A DNA stretch of 64,000 bases from the human T2T-CHM13v2.0 reference genome, Homo sapiens. The notes below the pieces were generated by a model, which worked only from the letters and a program-made list of their open reading frames with translations, was not told the origin of the DNA and made no database searches. Each line of letters opens with the position of its first letter. Within the stretch, counting starts at the first letter, position 1. A program made the position numbers and the translations under genes. The stretch is taken from NCBI RefSeq assembly GCF_009914755.1, contig NC_060928.1; one strand, 5' to 3'. Positions 10,923-24,396 of the stretch are shown piece by piece.

Positions 10923-12826
10923 TTCAGAAAGCCCTGAAATCAATCTCACTGGGTGTGTTTAAAAATGGCATTTGGGGAATTTCTGGGTCATTTGTCCAGC
11001 TGCGAAAGCTGCATCTCTGAAGCACAGTCCCTGTCCCGCAGTGAGACTTATTGATCCGACGTGGTGTTTCCGTGGAAATGATTGTGGGAAATGGCCCCTT
11101 CCTTTTCTCTATTTGCTGATTAGACTTCATGGTCCCTTTCTCGTCAGGTACAGTGATCAAAGTTGACCAACCCCAGAGGAAAGCTGCCCAGGGCAAAACT
11201 CAGGGCTCCGTAGAACCACAGAATCTTGGGCGCAACCCTGCTCAAGCACCCAAATGTGCATACGAACAGGGTCTCCGTGTGACGTGTGTGAAAACTACAG
11301 TGTGATGAGCATGACTGGCAGACAGCTTATCGATTGGGCTCCCCTCAAAATCGGTTATGAGCATTCAAGCCCACCGATGCCCAGGTCCCGGCTGCAGGAA
11401 TAAGACCCTCCATGGTCTTGTGTGAAGCCTCGGCATCTGCATTGCTCATGCTTCTGGGGATCATTCTCCTGAAAATGGTGGCTCCTTTCTCCCTGTGGAG
11501 CATCTTTCTAAGCAGTGCTCTTTTCTTCCCCCAGGACACTTTACATCCGGCACAGGAAGCCTTCTGATGGAGCACACCTGGCCCATGAAAAGACAAGGGA
11601 AAGAAACGGGGCCAAAGGTCACAGTCCTCTCATCCCATCATCCTCCTTAAAATCATCCTAATTTCATGGGCCCTGAAGCCAGGGCTGTTTCTCTACACCT
11701 AGAGGCCTTGGCGCCGGGCCTCAATTCCGCCCTGTTCCTTACCGTCTAAGACATGTTGGGAAAATCCCTAGAGCCAGGATCTTCATTCCTGCTAAGCCAG
11801 ACAGCCGGAAGACACACCCAAATTCTGTCCCTCTTACTTCAGGGAACATGTCCACTTTCGGCAGCATTACAATTTTGGCACCAAATGAGCTAACTGCAAT
11901 TCCACCATACAATGCGTAACTGGAAATGGAGAACACATCTCCGATCCTGAACGATCGATGCGAGAATCCAGGATATGCACGGCTTATTTTGGCCTTTTCC
12001 CACTGAAACAAGGGCCAGTATTAAAAATGGCACGCTATCCTCTGTTTCACTCCCTGCTTTTAAACGTCTCCGATGTTTCTCCCTGAGACAGGGCCTCACT
12101 TCCGTCAGCCGGGCATTTCTACGGTATAATTTTCCTTGTTTGCTTTTGTCCAAATTAGAACTTTTTATTTCATCTCTAGGAAACGTTGATCCATTATCAC
12201 ATACGTATGGAAATATTATCACACATGCTGTGAGATACGTTGTTTTTATTTTCATCAATTCTTTAATAAACAAAAGGTTATAGCTGGGATACCTTCTGAG
12301 TTCTCAAGTTTTTTGTTTCGTGTTTTCTTAAACTGCCGTCGCACGTCCGAAACCGCTCACTATGCAGTGTCATGACCGTCTCTCTTTTCTGGCAAACATA
12401 AATTTGGGGATTGTCATCAATTAGTCTCTCGGGGATTGCATGATTTCCCCAAAGGCTTTCACAGTCTACTTTGTGCACTGAGTATCTCTTCAAACTTCAG
12501 TGCACGTTTCTACCATTTGATGCTTTATTATTTGGCAATCTAGCTTCCACAAGAGCATTTCATGCAAAGACTTGTCTTGTTCTCCACTGGCAGGTAATTT
12601 CACTCGGACAGATAATCAATAGGCTCAACGTGGAAAGGTTTTCGCTGGAAGGTCTGTTTGATTCCACGGATCTCTCCTTTCTCATTAGGGAAGAAAATAC
12701 GCTGTGCTAAATACTATACTTCATTGACTATTCTCAGGTCAGAAAGCGCACTTTCGACTTCTTGTCCTTCCGTCGCTGAGAGGATGATGGCAGCTGCCAA
12801 AAGTACATACTTGGAAGTTCATCCCA

Positions 12827-12900
12827 GCACAAACACACACAGACACACGCCCCCCCCAAACACACACACACAAACACACTCACACACACACACGCACACG
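12827..12900 (+). repeat. Compound (CA)n-poly(C)-(CA)n microsatellite about 430 bp upstream of the USP17L ATG (recurs in every unit)
   Basis: acacacacagacacacgccccccccaaacacacacacac ... Length and structure vary between units. Confidence 0.88.
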
Positions 12901-13099
12901 GTTTCCTAGGTAAAAATTTCTTCCCTGCCATTGCTTTACCTAAAATAAGGCAATTGTGAGGCCACTGTCCCAACCCGGTTACACTCCTATTATATGTGCC
13001 TATCATCCTGAGGAGTAATTTGATTGAGGTGTTCTGGAAGTCATGCTGTGGGCTGTGTCTGTTGAATTCCCAGCGATGCCAGGGGACACACCCTGTGAC

Positions 13100-13230
13100 T
13101 CCTTCCTGAATTGAGTGCTGATATTTGATTGGCTTATCGCGCACCTGATGAGTGGGTGGGGTGTTCGCGGTTGGTGGGGGTGACTTACAGAAGGGCTGAT
13201 GCGGCCAGAGAGCTCGTCATTTGAAGACTC
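13100..13230 (+). promoter_or_regulatory. Putative USP17L proximal promoter (inverted CCAAT box, GT/CACCC boxes); recurs per unit
   Basis: tgattggct (AGCCAATCA on the - strand) at 13126-13134, gggtggggt and ggtggggg boxes, and a local CpG cluster 80-200 bp upstream of the ATG. Confidence 0.5.
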
Positions 13231-13304
13231 TCTCGGAAGGGATAGCGTCTTTCTGCAACCTGCGGTCCCAGCAGACAAACCTTGTGATCCTCGTTCCAGT
13301 CGAC

Positions 13305-14897
13305 ATGGAGGACGACTCACTCTACTTGGGAGGTGAGTGGCAGTTCAACCACTTTTCAAAACTCACATCTTCTCGGCCAGATGCAGCTTTTGCTGAAATC
13401 CAGCGGACTTCTCTCCCTGAGAAGTCACCACTCTCATGTGAGACCCGTGTCGACCTCTGTGATGATTTGGCTCCTGTGGCAAGACAGCTTGCTCCCAGGG
13501 AGAAGCTTCCTCTGAGTAGCAGGAGACCTGCTGCGGTGGGGGCTGGGCTCCAGAATATGGGAAATACCTGCTACGTGAACGCTTCCTTGCAGTGCCTGAC
13601 ATACACACCGCCCCTTGCCAACTACATGCTGTCCCGGGAGCACTCTCAAACGTGTCATCGTCACAAGGGCTGCATGCTCTGTACTATGCAAGCTCACATC
13701 ACACGGGCCCTCCACAATCCTGGCCACGTCATCCAGCCCTCACAGGCTTTGGCTGCTGGCTTCCATAGAGGCAAGCAGGAAGATGCCCATGAATTTCTCA
13801 TGTTCACTGTGGATGCCATGAAAAAGGCATGCCTTCCCGGGCACAAGCAGGCGGATCATCACTCTAAGGACACCACCCTCATCCACCAAATATTTGGAGG
13901 CTACTGGAGATCTCAAATCAAGTGTCTCCACTGCCACGGCATTTCAGACACTTTTGACCCTTACCTGGACATCGCCCTGGATATCCAGGCAGCTCAGAGT
14001 GTCCAGCAAGCTTTGGAACAGTTGGTGAAGCCCGAAGAACTCAATGGAGAGAATGCCTATCATTGTGGTGTTTGTCTCCAGAGGGCGCCGGCCTCCAAGA
14101 CGTTAACTTTACACACTTCTGCCAAGGTCCTCATCCTTGTATTGAAGAGATTCTCCGATGTCACAGGCAACAAGATTGCCAAGAATGTGCAATATCCTGA
14201 GTGCCTTGACATGCAGCCATACATGTCTCAGCAGAACACAGGACCTCTTGTCTATGTCCTCTATGCTGTGCTGGTCCACGCTGGGTGGAGTTGTCACAAC
14301 GGACATTACTTCTCTTATGTCAAAGCTCAAGAAGGCCAGTGGTATAAAATGGATGATGCCGAGGTCACCGCCTCTAGCATCACTTCTGTCCTGACTCAAC
14401 AGGCCTACGTCCTCTTTTACATCCAGAAGACTGAATGGGAAAGACACAGTGAGAGTGTGTCAAGAGGCAGGGAACCAAGAGCCCTTGGCGCAGAAGACAC
14501 AGACAGGCGAGCAACGCAAGGAGAGCTCAAGAGAGACTACCCCTGCCTCCAGGCCCCCGAGTTGGACGAGCACTTGGTGGAAAGAGCCACTCAGGAAAGC
14601 ACCTTAGACCACTGGAAATTCCTTCAAGAGCAAAACAAAACGAAGCCTGAGTTCAACGTCAGAAAAGTCGAAGGTACCCTGCCTCCCGACGTACTTGTGA
14701 TTCATCAATCAAAATACAAGTGTGGGATGAAGAACCATCATCCTGAACAGCAAAGCTCCCTGCTAAACCTCTCTTCGACGACCCCGACACATCAGGAGTC
14801 CATGAACACTGGCACACTCGCTTCCCTGCGAGGGAGGGCCAGGAGATCCAAAGGGAAGAACAAACACAGCAAGAGGGCTCTGCTTGTGTGCCAGTGA
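13305..14897 (+). CDS. USP17L: Ubiquitin-specific peptidase 17-like protein, 530 aa, intact (A183, T364, T376, Y412)
   Basis: [12 protein letters not shown] start, Cys box [17 protein letters not shown] (C89), QEDAHEFL, His box HNGHY (H334), KMDD (D350/351). Intronless. Confidence 0.95.
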   Translation: MEDDSLYLGGEWQFNHFSKLTSSRPDAAFAEIQRTSLPEKSPLSCETRVDLCDDLAPVARQLAPREKLPLSSRRPAAVGAGLQNMGNTCYVNASLQCLTYTPPLANYMLSREHSQTCHRHKGCMLCTMQAHITRALHNPGHVIQPSQALAAGFHRGKQEDAHEFLMFTVDAMKKACLPGHKQADHHSKDTTLIHQIFGGYWRSQIKCLHCHGISDTFDPYLDIALDIQAAQSVQQALEQLVKPEELNGENAYHCGVCLQRAPASKTLTLHTSAKVLILVLKRFSDVTGNKIAKNVQYPECLDMQPYMSQQNTGPLVYVLYAVLVHAGWSCHNGHYFSYVKAQEGQWYKMDDAEVTASSITSVLTQQAYVLFYIQKTEWERHSESVSRGREPRALGAEDTDRRATQGELKRDYPCLQAPELDEHLVERATQESTLDHWKFLQEQNKTKPEFNVRKVEGTLPPDVLVIHQSKYKCGMKNHHPEQQSSLLNLSSTTPTHQESMNTGTLASLRGRARRSKGKNKHSKRALLVCQ

Positions 14898-17800
14898 TCT
14901 CAGTGGAAGTACCGACCCACACGTAGGGGTGCACACACACACGCACACACACAGACACACACATAACTACACCCAGAAGCGCGCACGCAAACACACACAC
15001 ACCCACACAAACACGAACACCGTCAATCCTACATAAACTAATGAGGAGCCCAAGTTTCTGTCTCTACAACAGGGACAACTGGATAGTGATGGCTACATCT
15101 CAGGATGAGCCCGCATATGGGAAACATCAAGTTTTGGGGTCGTGAGTCTTCCGAACCTCTGGTGGGACTGTCTGAGTGTTTGTGTTCATGATAGGTGACA
15201 TTCAGTGTGTATTTCTGAATATGACCTACCGACGTGTAGGTTTGCGTGTGAGGTAATTGCAGGGGACTCGGTTTCGTATTTTCTCTTGGGGTGTGTTTCA
15301 TTCGTCAGTTGTTGGTCGGCATGAGAAGGTGAAAGGTGGCTCATGTGGGACATCCGTGGATCATTCTCGCCACCTTGAATAGTGGAAACTGGAATGCATT
15401 TGGAAGAGAAGAACGGTGCTCTTCTTTCTTCCCCGGGCTCGCCGTTTTTACACTGGTTCCTGAATGGACCTCAGGCGCCCTGGGACTTGTGCTCTTGCTG
15501 GAACCCACATAACGCCGGAAGCGGACAGACCGACTTGCCTGTTTCACGGTGCCCGCTTCCCATGAGTCGAAACGGAAAATTTTCCCACGGGCATGTAAGT
15601 CATCTGGAAGTAAGCTGTATTGATAATAAAGGAAAGCAAACACAGGAGTGTGTGTATTCAACTGAAATAAATTCAGAAAGCCCTGAAATCAATCTCACTG
15701 GGTGTGTTTAAAAATGGCATTTGGGGAATTTCTGGGTCATTTGTCCAGCTGCGAAAGCTGCATCTCTGAAGCACAGTCCCTGTCCCGCAGTGAGACTTAT
15801 TGATCCGACGTGGTGTTTCCGTGGAAATGATTGTGGGAAATGGCCCCTTCCTTTTCTCTATTTGCTGATTAGACTTCATGGTCCCTTTCTCGTCAGGTAC
15901 AGTGATCAAAGTTGACCAACCCCAGAGGAAAGCTGCCCAGGGCACAACTCAGGGCTCCGTAGAACCACAGAATCTTGGGCGCAACCCTGCTCAAGCACCC
16001 AAATGTGCATACGAACAGGGTCTCCGTGTGACGTGTGTGAAAACTACAGTGTGATGAGCATGACTGGCAGACAGCTTATCGATTGGGCTCCCCTCAAAAT
16101 CGGTTATGAGCATTCAAGCACACCGATGCCCAGGTCCCGGCTGCAGGAATAAGACCCTCCAGGGTCTTGTGTGAAGCCTCGGCATCTGCATTGCTCATGC
16201 TTCTGGGGATCATTCTCCTGAAAATGGTGGCTCCTTTCTCCCTGTGGAGCATCTTTCTAAGCAGTGCTCTTTTCTTCCCCCAGGACACTTTACATCCGGC
16301 ACAGGAAGCCTTCTGATGGAGCACACCTGGCCCATGAAAAGACAAGGGAAAGAAACGGGGCCAAAGGTCACAGTCCTCTCATCCCATCATCCTCCTTAAA
16401 ATCATCCTAATTTCATGGGCCCTGAAGCCAGGGCTGTTTCTTTACACCTAGAGGCCTTGGCGCCGGGCCTCAATTCCGCCCTGTTCCTTACCGTCTAAGA
16501 CATGTTGGGAAAATCCCTAGAGCCAGGATCTTCATTCCCGCTAAGCCAGACAGCCGGAAGACACACCCAAATTCTGTCCCTCTTACTTCAGGGAACATGT
16601 CCACTTTCGGCAGCATTACAATTTTGGCACCAAATGTGCTAACTGCAATTCCACCATACAATGCGTAACTGGAAATGGAGGCAACATCTCCGATCCTGAA
16701 CGATCGATGCGAGAATCCAGGATATGCACGGCTTATTTTGGCCTTTTCCCACTGAAACAAGGGCCAGTATTAAAAATGGCACGCTATCCTCTGTTTCACT
16801 CCCTGCTTTTAAACGTCTCCGATGTTTCTCCCTGAGACAGGGCCTCACTTCCGTCAGCCGGGCTTTTCTACGGTATAATTTTCCTTGTTTGCTTTTGTCC
16901 AAATTAGAACTTTTTATTTCATCTCTAGGAAACGTTGATCCATTATCACATACGTATGGAAATATTATCACACATGCTGTGAGATACGTTGTTTTTATTT
17001 TCATCAATTCTTTAATAAACAAAAGGTTATAGCTGGGATACCTTCTGAGTTCTCAAGTTTTTTGTTTCGTGTTTTCTTAAACTGCCGTCGCACGTCCGAA
17101 ACCGCTCACTATGCAGTGTCATGACCGTCTCTCTTTTCTGGCAAACATAAATTTGGGGATTGTCATCAATTAGTCTCTCGGGGATTGCATGATTTCCCCA
17201 AAGGCTTTCACAGTCTACTTTGTGCACTGAGTATCTCTTCAAACTTCAGTGCACGTTTCTACCATTTGATGCTTTATTATTTGGCAATCTAGCTTCCACA
17301 AGAGCATTTCATGCAAAGACTTGTCTTGTTCTCCACTGGCAGGTAATTTCACTCGGACAGATAATCAATAGGCTCAACGTGGAAAGGTTTTCGCTGGAAG
17401 GTCTGTTTGATTCCACGGATCTCTCCTTTCTCATTAGGGAAGAAAATACGCTGTGCTAAATACTATACTTCATTGACTATTCTCAGGTCAGAAAGCGCAC
17501 TTTCGACTTCTTGTCCTTCCGTCGCTGAGAGGATGATGGCAGCTGCCAAAAGTACATACTTGGAAGTTCATCCCAGCACAAACACACACACACACACGCC
17601 CCCCCCAAACACACACACACAAACACACTCACACACACACACGCACACGGTTTCCTAGGTAAAAATTTCTTCCCTGCCATTGCTTTACCTAAAATAAGGC
17701 AATTGTGAGGCCACTGTCCCAACCCGGTTACACTCCTATTATATGTGCCTATCATCCTGAGGAGTAATTTGATTGAGGTGTTCTGGAAGTCATGCTGTGG

Positions 17801-18053
17801 GCTGTGTCTGTTGAATTCCCAGCGATGCCAGGGGACACACCCTGTGACTCCTTCCTGAATTGAGTGCTGATATTTGATTGGCTTATCGCGCACCTGATGA
17901 GTGGGTGGGGTGTTCGCGGTTGGTGGGGGTGACTTACAGAAGGGCTGATGCGGCCAGAGAGCTCGTCATTTGAAGACTCTCTCGGAAGGGATAGCGTCTT
18001 TCTGCAACCTGCGGTCCCAGCAGACAAACCTTGTGATCCTCGTTCCAGTCGAC

Positions 18054-19646
18054 ATGGAGGACGACTCACTCTACTTGGGAGGTGAGTGGCAGTTCAACCA
18101 CTTTTCAAAACTCACATCTTCTCGGCCAGATGCAGCTTTTGCTGAAATCCAGCGGACTTCTCTCCCTGAGAAGTCACCACTCTCATGTGAGACCCGTGTC
18201 GACCTCTGTGATGATTTGGCTCCTGTGGCAAGACAGCTTGCTCCCAGGGAGAAGCTTCCTCTGAGTAGCAGGAGACCTGCTGCGGTGGGGGCTGGGCTCC
18301 AGAATATGGGAAATACCTGCTACGTGAACGCTTCCTTGCAGTGCCTGACATACACACCGCCCCTTGCCAACTACATGCTGTCCCGGGAGCACTCTCAAAC
18401 GTGTCATCGTCACAAGGGCTGCATGCTCTGTACTATGCAAGCTCACATCACACGGGCCCTCCACAATCCTGGCCACGTCATCCAGCCCTCACAGGCTTTG
18501 GCTGCTGGCTTCCATAGAGGCAAGCAGGAAGATGCCCATGAATTTCTCATGTTCACTGTGGATGCCATGAAAAAGGCATGCCTTCCCGGGCACAAGCAGG
18601 CGGATCATCACTCTAAGGACACCACCCTCATCCACCAAATATTTGGAGGCTACTGGAGATCTCAAATCAAGTGTCTCCACTGCCACGGCATTTCAGACAC
18701 TTTTGACCCTTACCTGGACATCGCCCTGGATATCCAGGCAGCTCAGAGTGTCCAGCAAGCTTTGGAACAGTTGGTGAAGCCCGAAGAACTCAATGGAGAG
18801 AATGCCTATCATTGTGGTGTTTGTCTCCAGAGGGCGCCGGCCTCCAAGACGTTAACTTTACACACTTCTGCCAAGGTCCTCATCCTTGTATTGAAGAGAT
18901 TCTCCGATGTCACAGGCAACAAGATTGCCAAGAATGTGCAATATCCTGAGTGCCTTGACATGCAGCCATACATGTCTCAGCAGAACACAGGACCTCTTGT
19001 CTATGTCCTCTATGCTGTGCTGGTCCACGCTGGGTGGAGTTGTCACAACGGACATTACTTCTCTTATGTCAAAGCTCAAGAAGGCCAGTGGTATAAAATG
19101 GATGATGCCGAGGTCACCGCCTCTAGCATCACTTCTGTCCTGAGTCAACAGGCCTACGTCCTCTTTTACATCCAGAAGAGTGAATGGGAAAGACACAGTG
19201 AGAGTGTGTCAAGAGGCAGGGAACCAAGAGCCCTTGGCGCAGAAGACACAGACAGGCGAGCAACGCAAGGAGAGCTCAAGAGAGACTACCCCTGCCTCCA
19301 GGCCCCCGAGTTGGACGAGCACTTGGTGGAAAGAGCCACTCAGGAAAGCACCTTAGACCACTGGAAATTCCTTCAAGAGCAAAACAAAACGAAGCCTGAG
19401 TTCAACGTCAGAAAAGTCGAAGGTACCCTGCCTCCCGACGTACTTGTGATTCATCAATCAAAATACAAGTGTGGGATGAAGAACCATCATCCTGAACAGC
19501 AAAGCTCCCTGCTAAACCTCTCTTCGACGACCCCGACACATCAGGAGTCCATGAACACTGGCACACTCGCTTCCCTGCGAGGGAGGGCCAGGAGATCCAA
19601 AGGGAAGAACAAACACAGCAAGAGGGCTCTGCTTGTGTGCCAGTGA
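18054..19646 (+). CDS. USP17L: USP17-like deubiquitinase, 530 aa, intact (A183, S364, Y412)
   Basis: Full ORF with intact catalytic triad motifs. Confidence 0.95.
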   Translation: MEDDSLYLGGEWQFNHFSKLTSSRPDAAFAEIQRTSLPEKSPLSCETRVDLCDDLAPVARQLAPREKLPLSSRRPAAVGAGLQNMGNTCYVNASLQCLTYTPPLANYMLSREHSQTCHRHKGCMLCTMQAHITRALHNPGHVIQPSQALAAGFHRGKQEDAHEFLMFTVDAMKKACLPGHKQADHHSKDTTLIHQIFGGYWRSQIKCLHCHGISDTFDPYLDIALDIQAAQSVQQALEQLVKPEELNGENAYHCGVCLQRAPASKTLTLHTSAKVLILVLKRFSDVTGNKIAKNVQYPECLDMQPYMSQQNTGPLVYVLYAVLVHAGWSCHNGHYFSYVKAQEGQWYKMDDAEVTASSITSVLSQQAYVLFYIQKSEWERHSESVSRGREPRALGAEDTDRRATQGELKRDYPCLQAPELDEHLVERATQESTLDHWKFLQEQNKTKPEFNVRKVEGTLPPDVLVIHQSKYKCGMKNHHPEQQSSLLNLSSTTPTHQESMNTGTLASLRGRARRSKGKNKHSKRALLVCQ

Positions 19647-22600
19647 TCTCAGTGGAAGTACCGACCCACACGTAGGGGTGCACACACACACGCACACACA
19701 CAGACACACACATAACTACACCCAGAAGCGCGCACGCAAACACACACACACCCACACAAACACGAACACCGTCAATCCTACATAAACTAATGAGGAGCCC
19801 AAGTTTCTGTCTCTACAACAGGGACAACTGGATAGTGATGGCTACATCTCAGGATGAGCCCGCATATGGGAAACATCAAGTTTTGGGGTCGTGAGTCTTC
19901 CGAACCTCTGGTGGGACTGTCTGAGTGTTTGTGTTCATGATAGGTGACATTCAGTGTGTATTTCTGAATATGACCTACCGACGTGTAGGTTTGCGTGTGA
20001 GGTAATTGCAGGGGACTCGGTTTCGTATTTTCTCTTGGGGTGTGTTTCATTCGTCAGTTGTTGGTCGGCATGAGAAGGTGAAAGGTGGCTCATGTGGGAC
20101 ATCCGTGGATCATTCTCGCCACCTTGAATAGTGGAAACTGGAATGCATTTGGAAGAGAAGAACGGTGCTCTTCTTTCTTCCCCGGGCTCGCCGTTTTTAC
20201 ACTGGTTCCTGAATGGACCTCAGGCGCCCTGGGACTTGTGCTCTTGCTGGAACCCACATAACGCCGGAAGCGGACAGACCGACTTGCCTGTTTCACGGTG
20301 CCCGCTTCCCATGAGTCGAAACGGAAAATTTTCCCACGGGCATGTAAGTCATCTGGAAGTAAGCTGTATTGATAATAAAGGAAAGCAAACACAGGAGTGT
20401 GTGTATTCAACTGAAATAAATTCAGAAAGCCCTGAAATCAATCTCACTGGGTGTGTTTAAAAATGGCATTTGGGGAATTTCTGGGTCATTTGTCCAGCTG
20501 CGAAAGCTGCATCTCTGAAGCACAGTCCCTGTCCCGCAGTGAGACTTATTTATCCGACGTGGTGTTTCCGTGGAAATGATTGTGGGAAATGGCCCCTTCC
20601 TTTTCTCTATTTGCTGATTAGACTTCATGGTCCCTTTCTCGTCAGGTACAGTGATCAAAGTTGACCAACCCCAGAGGAAAGCTGCCCAGGGCACAACTCA
20701 GGGCTCCGTAGAACCACAGAATCTTGGGCGCAACCCTGCTCAAGCACCCAAATGTGCATACGAACAGGGTCTCCGTGTGACGTGTGTGAAAACTACAGTG
20801 TGATGAGCATGACTGGCAGACAGCTTATCGATTGGGCTCCCCTCAAAATCGGTTATGAGCATTCAAGCACACCGATGCCCAGGTCCCGGCTGCAGGAATA
20901 AGACCCTCCAGGGTCTTGTGTGAAGCCTCGGCATCTGCATTGCTCATGCTTCTGGGGATCATTCTCCTGAAAATGGTGGCTCCTTTCTCCCTGTGGAGCA
21001 TCTTTCTAAGCAGTGCTCTTTTCTTCCCCCAGGACACTTTACATCCGGCACAGGAAGCCTTCTGATGGAGCACACCTGGCCCATGAAAAGACAAGGGAAA
21101 GAAACGGGGCCAAAGGTCACAGTCCTCTCATCCCATCATCCTCCTTAAAATCATCCTAATTTCATGGGCCCTGAAGCCAGGGCTGTTTCTTTACACCTAG
21201 AGGCCTTGGCGCCGGGCCTCAATTCCGCCCTGTTCCTTACCGTCTAAGACATGTTGGGAAAATCCCTAGAGCCAGGATCTTCATTCCCGCTAAGCCAGAC
21301 AGCCGGAAGACACACCCAAATTCTGTCCCTCTTACTTCAGGGAACATGTCCACTTTCGGCAGCATTACAATTTTGGCACCAAATGTGCTAACTGCAATTC
21401 CACCATACAATGCGTAACTGGAAATGGAGGCAACATCTCCGATCCTGAACGATCGATGCGAGAATCCAGGATATGCACGGCTTATTTTGGCCTTTTCCCA
21501 CTGAAACAAGGGCCAGTATTAAAAATGGCACGCTATCCTCTGTTTCACTCCCTGCTTTTAAACGTCTCCGATGTTTCTCCCTGAGACAGGGCCTCACTTC
21601 CGTCAGCCGGGCTTTTCTACGGTATAATTTTCCTTGTTTGCTTTTGTCCAAATTAGAACTTTTTATTTCATCTCTAGGAAACGTTGATCCATTATCACAT
21701 ACGTATGGAAATATTATCACACATGCTGTGAGATACGTTGTTTTTATTTTCATCAATTCTTTAATAAACAAAAGGTTATAGCTGGGATACCTTCTGAGTT
21801 CTCAAGTTTTTTGTTTCGTGTTTTCTTAAACTGCCGTCGCACGTCCGAAACCGCTCACTATGCAGTGTCATGACCGTCTCTCTTTTCTGGCAAACATAAA
21901 TTTGGGGATTGTCATCAATTAGTCTCTCGGGGATTGCATGATTTCCCCAAAGGCTTTCACAGTCTACTTTGTGCACTGAGTATCTCTTCAAACTTCAGTG
22001 CACGTTTCTACCATTTGATGCTTTATTATTTGGCAATCTAGCTTCCACAAGAGCATTTCATGCAAAGACTTGTCTTGTTCTCCACTGGCAGGTAATTTCA
22101 CTCGGACAGATAATCAATAGGCTCAACGTGGAAAGGTTTTCGCTGGAAGGTCTGTTTGATTCCACGGATCTCTCCTTTCTCATTAGGGAAGAAAATACGC
22201 TGTGCTAAATACTATACTTCATTGACTATTCTCAGGTCAGAAAGCGCACTTTCGACTTCTTGTCCTTCCGTCGCTGAGAGGATGATGGCAGCTGCCAAAA
22301 GTACATACTTGGAAGTTCATCCCAGCACAAACACACACACACACACGCCCCCCCCCAAACACACACACACAAACACACTCACACACACACACGCACACGG
22401 TTTCCTAGGTAAAAATTTCTTCCCTGCCATTGCTTTACCTAAAATAAGGCAATTGTGAGGCCACTGTCCCAACCCGGTTACACTCCTATTATATGTGCCT
22501 ATCATCCTGAGGAGTAATTTGATTGAGGTGTTCTGGAAGTCATGCTGTGGGCTGTGTCTGTTGAATTCCCAGCGATGCCAGGGGACACACCCTGTGACTC

Positions 22601-22803
22601 CTTCCTGAATTGAGTGCTGATATTTGATTGGCTTATCGCGCACCTGATGAGTGGGTGGGGTGTTCGCGGTTGGTGGGGGTGACTTACAGAAGGGCTGATG
22701 CGGCCAGAGAGCTCGTCATTTGAAGACTCTCTCAGAAGGGATAGCGTCTTTCTGCAACCTGCGGTCCCAGCAGACAAACCTTGTGATCCTTGTTCCAGTC
22801 GAC

Positions 22804-24396
22804 ATGGAGGACGACTCACTCTACTTGGGAGGTGAGTGGCAGTTCAACCACTTTTCAAAACTCACATCTTCTCGGCCAGATGCAGCTTTTGCTGAAATCC
22901 AGCGGACTTCTCTCCCTGAGAAGTCACCACTCTCATGTGAGACCCGTGTCGACCTCTGTGATGATTTGGCTCCTGTGGCAAGACAGCTTGCTCCCAGGGA
23001 GAAGCTTCCTCTGAGTAGCAGGAGACCTGCTGCGGTGGGGGCTGGGCTCCAGAATATGGGAAATACCTGCTACGTGAACGCTTCCTTGCAGTGCCTGACA
23101 TACACACCGCCCCTTGCCAACTACATGCTGTCCCGGGAGCACTCTCAAACGTGTCATCGTCACAAGGGCTGCATGCTCTGTACTATGCAAGCTCACATCA
23201 CACGGGCCCTCCACAATCCTGGCCACGTCATCCAGCCCTCACAGGCTTTGGCTGCTGGCTTCCATAGAGGCAAGCAGGAAGATGCCCATGAATTTCTCAT
23301 GTTCACTGTGGATGCCATGAAAAAGGCATGCCTTCCCGGGCACAAGCAGGCGGATCATCACTCTAAGGACACCACCCTCATCCACCAAATATTTGGAGGC
23401 TACTGGAGATCTCAAATCAAGTGTCTCCACTGCCACGGCATTTCAGACACTTTTGACCCTTACCTGGACATCGCCCTGGATATCCAGGCAGCTCAGAGTG
23501 TCCAGCAAGCTTTGGAACAGTTGGTGAAGCCCGAAGAACTCAATGGAGAGAATGCCTATCATTGTGGTGTTTGTCTCCAGAGGGCGCCGGCCTCCAAGAC
23601 GTTAACTTTACACACTTCTGCCAAGGTCCTCATCCTTGTATTGAAGAGATTCTCCGATGTCACAGGCAACAAGATTGCCAAGAATGTGCAATATCCTGAG
23701 TGCCTTGACATGCAGCCATACATGTCTCAGCAGAACACAGGACCTCTTGTCTATGTCCTCTATGCTGTGCTGGTCCACGCTGGGTGGAGTTGTCACAACG
23801 GACATTACTTCTCTTATGTCAAAGCTCAAGAAGGCCAGTGGTATAAAATGGATGATGCCGAGGTCACCGCCTCTAGCATCACTTCTGTCCTGAGTCAACA
23901 GGCCTACGTCCTCTTTTACATCCAGAAGAGTGAATGGGAAAGACACAGTGAGAGTGTGTCAAGAGGCAGGGAACCAAGAGCCCTTGGCGCAGAAGACACA
24001 GACAGGCGAGCAACGCAAGGAGAGCTCAAGAGAGACTACCCCTGCCTCCAGGCCCCCGAGTTGGACGAGCACTTGGTGGAAAGAGCCACTCAGGAAAGCA
24101 CCTTAGACCACTGGAAATTCCTTCAAGAGCAAAACAAAACGAAGCCTGAGTTCAACGTCAGAAAAGTCGAAGGTACCCTGCCTCCCGACGTACTTGTGAT
24201 TCATCAATCAAAATACAAGTGTGGGATGAAGAACCATCATCCTGAACAGCAAAGCTCCCTGCTAAACCTCTCTTCGACGACCCCGACACATCAGGAGTCC
24301 ATGAACACTGGCACACTCGCTTCCCTGCGAGGGAGGGCCAGGAGATCCAAAGGGAAGAACAAACACAGCAAGAGGGCTCTGCTTGTGTGCCAGTGA
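22804..24396 (+). CDS. USP17L: USP17-like deubiquitinase, 530 aa, intact (same protein as the previous unit)
   Basis: Full ORF with intact catalytic triad motifs. Confidence 0.95.
   Translation: MEDDSLYLGGEWQFNHFSKLTSSRPDAAFAEIQRTSLPEKSPLSCETRVDLCDDLAPVARQLAPREKLPLSSRRPAAVGAGLQNMGNTCYVNASLQCLTYTPPLANYMLSREHSQTCHRHKGCMLCTMQAHITRALHNPGHVIQPSQALAAGFHRGKQEDAHEFLMFTVDAMKKACLPGHKQADHHSKDTTLIHQIFGGYWRSQIKCLHCHGISDTFDPYLDIALDIQAAQSVQQALEQLVKPEELNGENAYHCGVCLQRAPASKTLTLHTSAKVLILVLKRFSDVTGNKIAKNVQYPECLDMQPYMSQQNTGPLVYVLYAVLVHAGWSCHNGHYFSYVKAQEGQWYKMDDAEVTASSITSVLSQQAYVLFYIQKSEWERHSESVSRGREPRALGAEDTDRRATQGELKRDYPCLQAPELDEHLVERATQESTLDHWKFLQEQNKTKPEFNVRKVEGTLPPDVLVIHQSKYKCGMKNHHPEQQSSLLNLSSTTPTHQESMNTGTLASLRGRARRSKGKNKHSKRALLVCQ

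Noticed and set aside
10289-13144. Many 60-150 aa ORFs in the RS447 spacer, repeated in each unit
   Set aside because: Recurrence reflects tandem duplication, not selection. Several are broken by stops or frameshifts in some units, and none has a recognisable domain.
13221-13304. 28-aa N-terminal extension (MKTLSEG...) of the USP17L ORFs in the track
   Set aside because: It starts at TTG (GTG in two units), an artefact of permissive start calling. The first ATG, in good Kozak context (gacATGg), gives the canonical 530-aa protein.
14874-14897. C-terminal LLVCQ as a prenylation (CaaX) signal
   Set aside because: The Cys is penultimate, not fourth from the end, so it does not fit CaaX.
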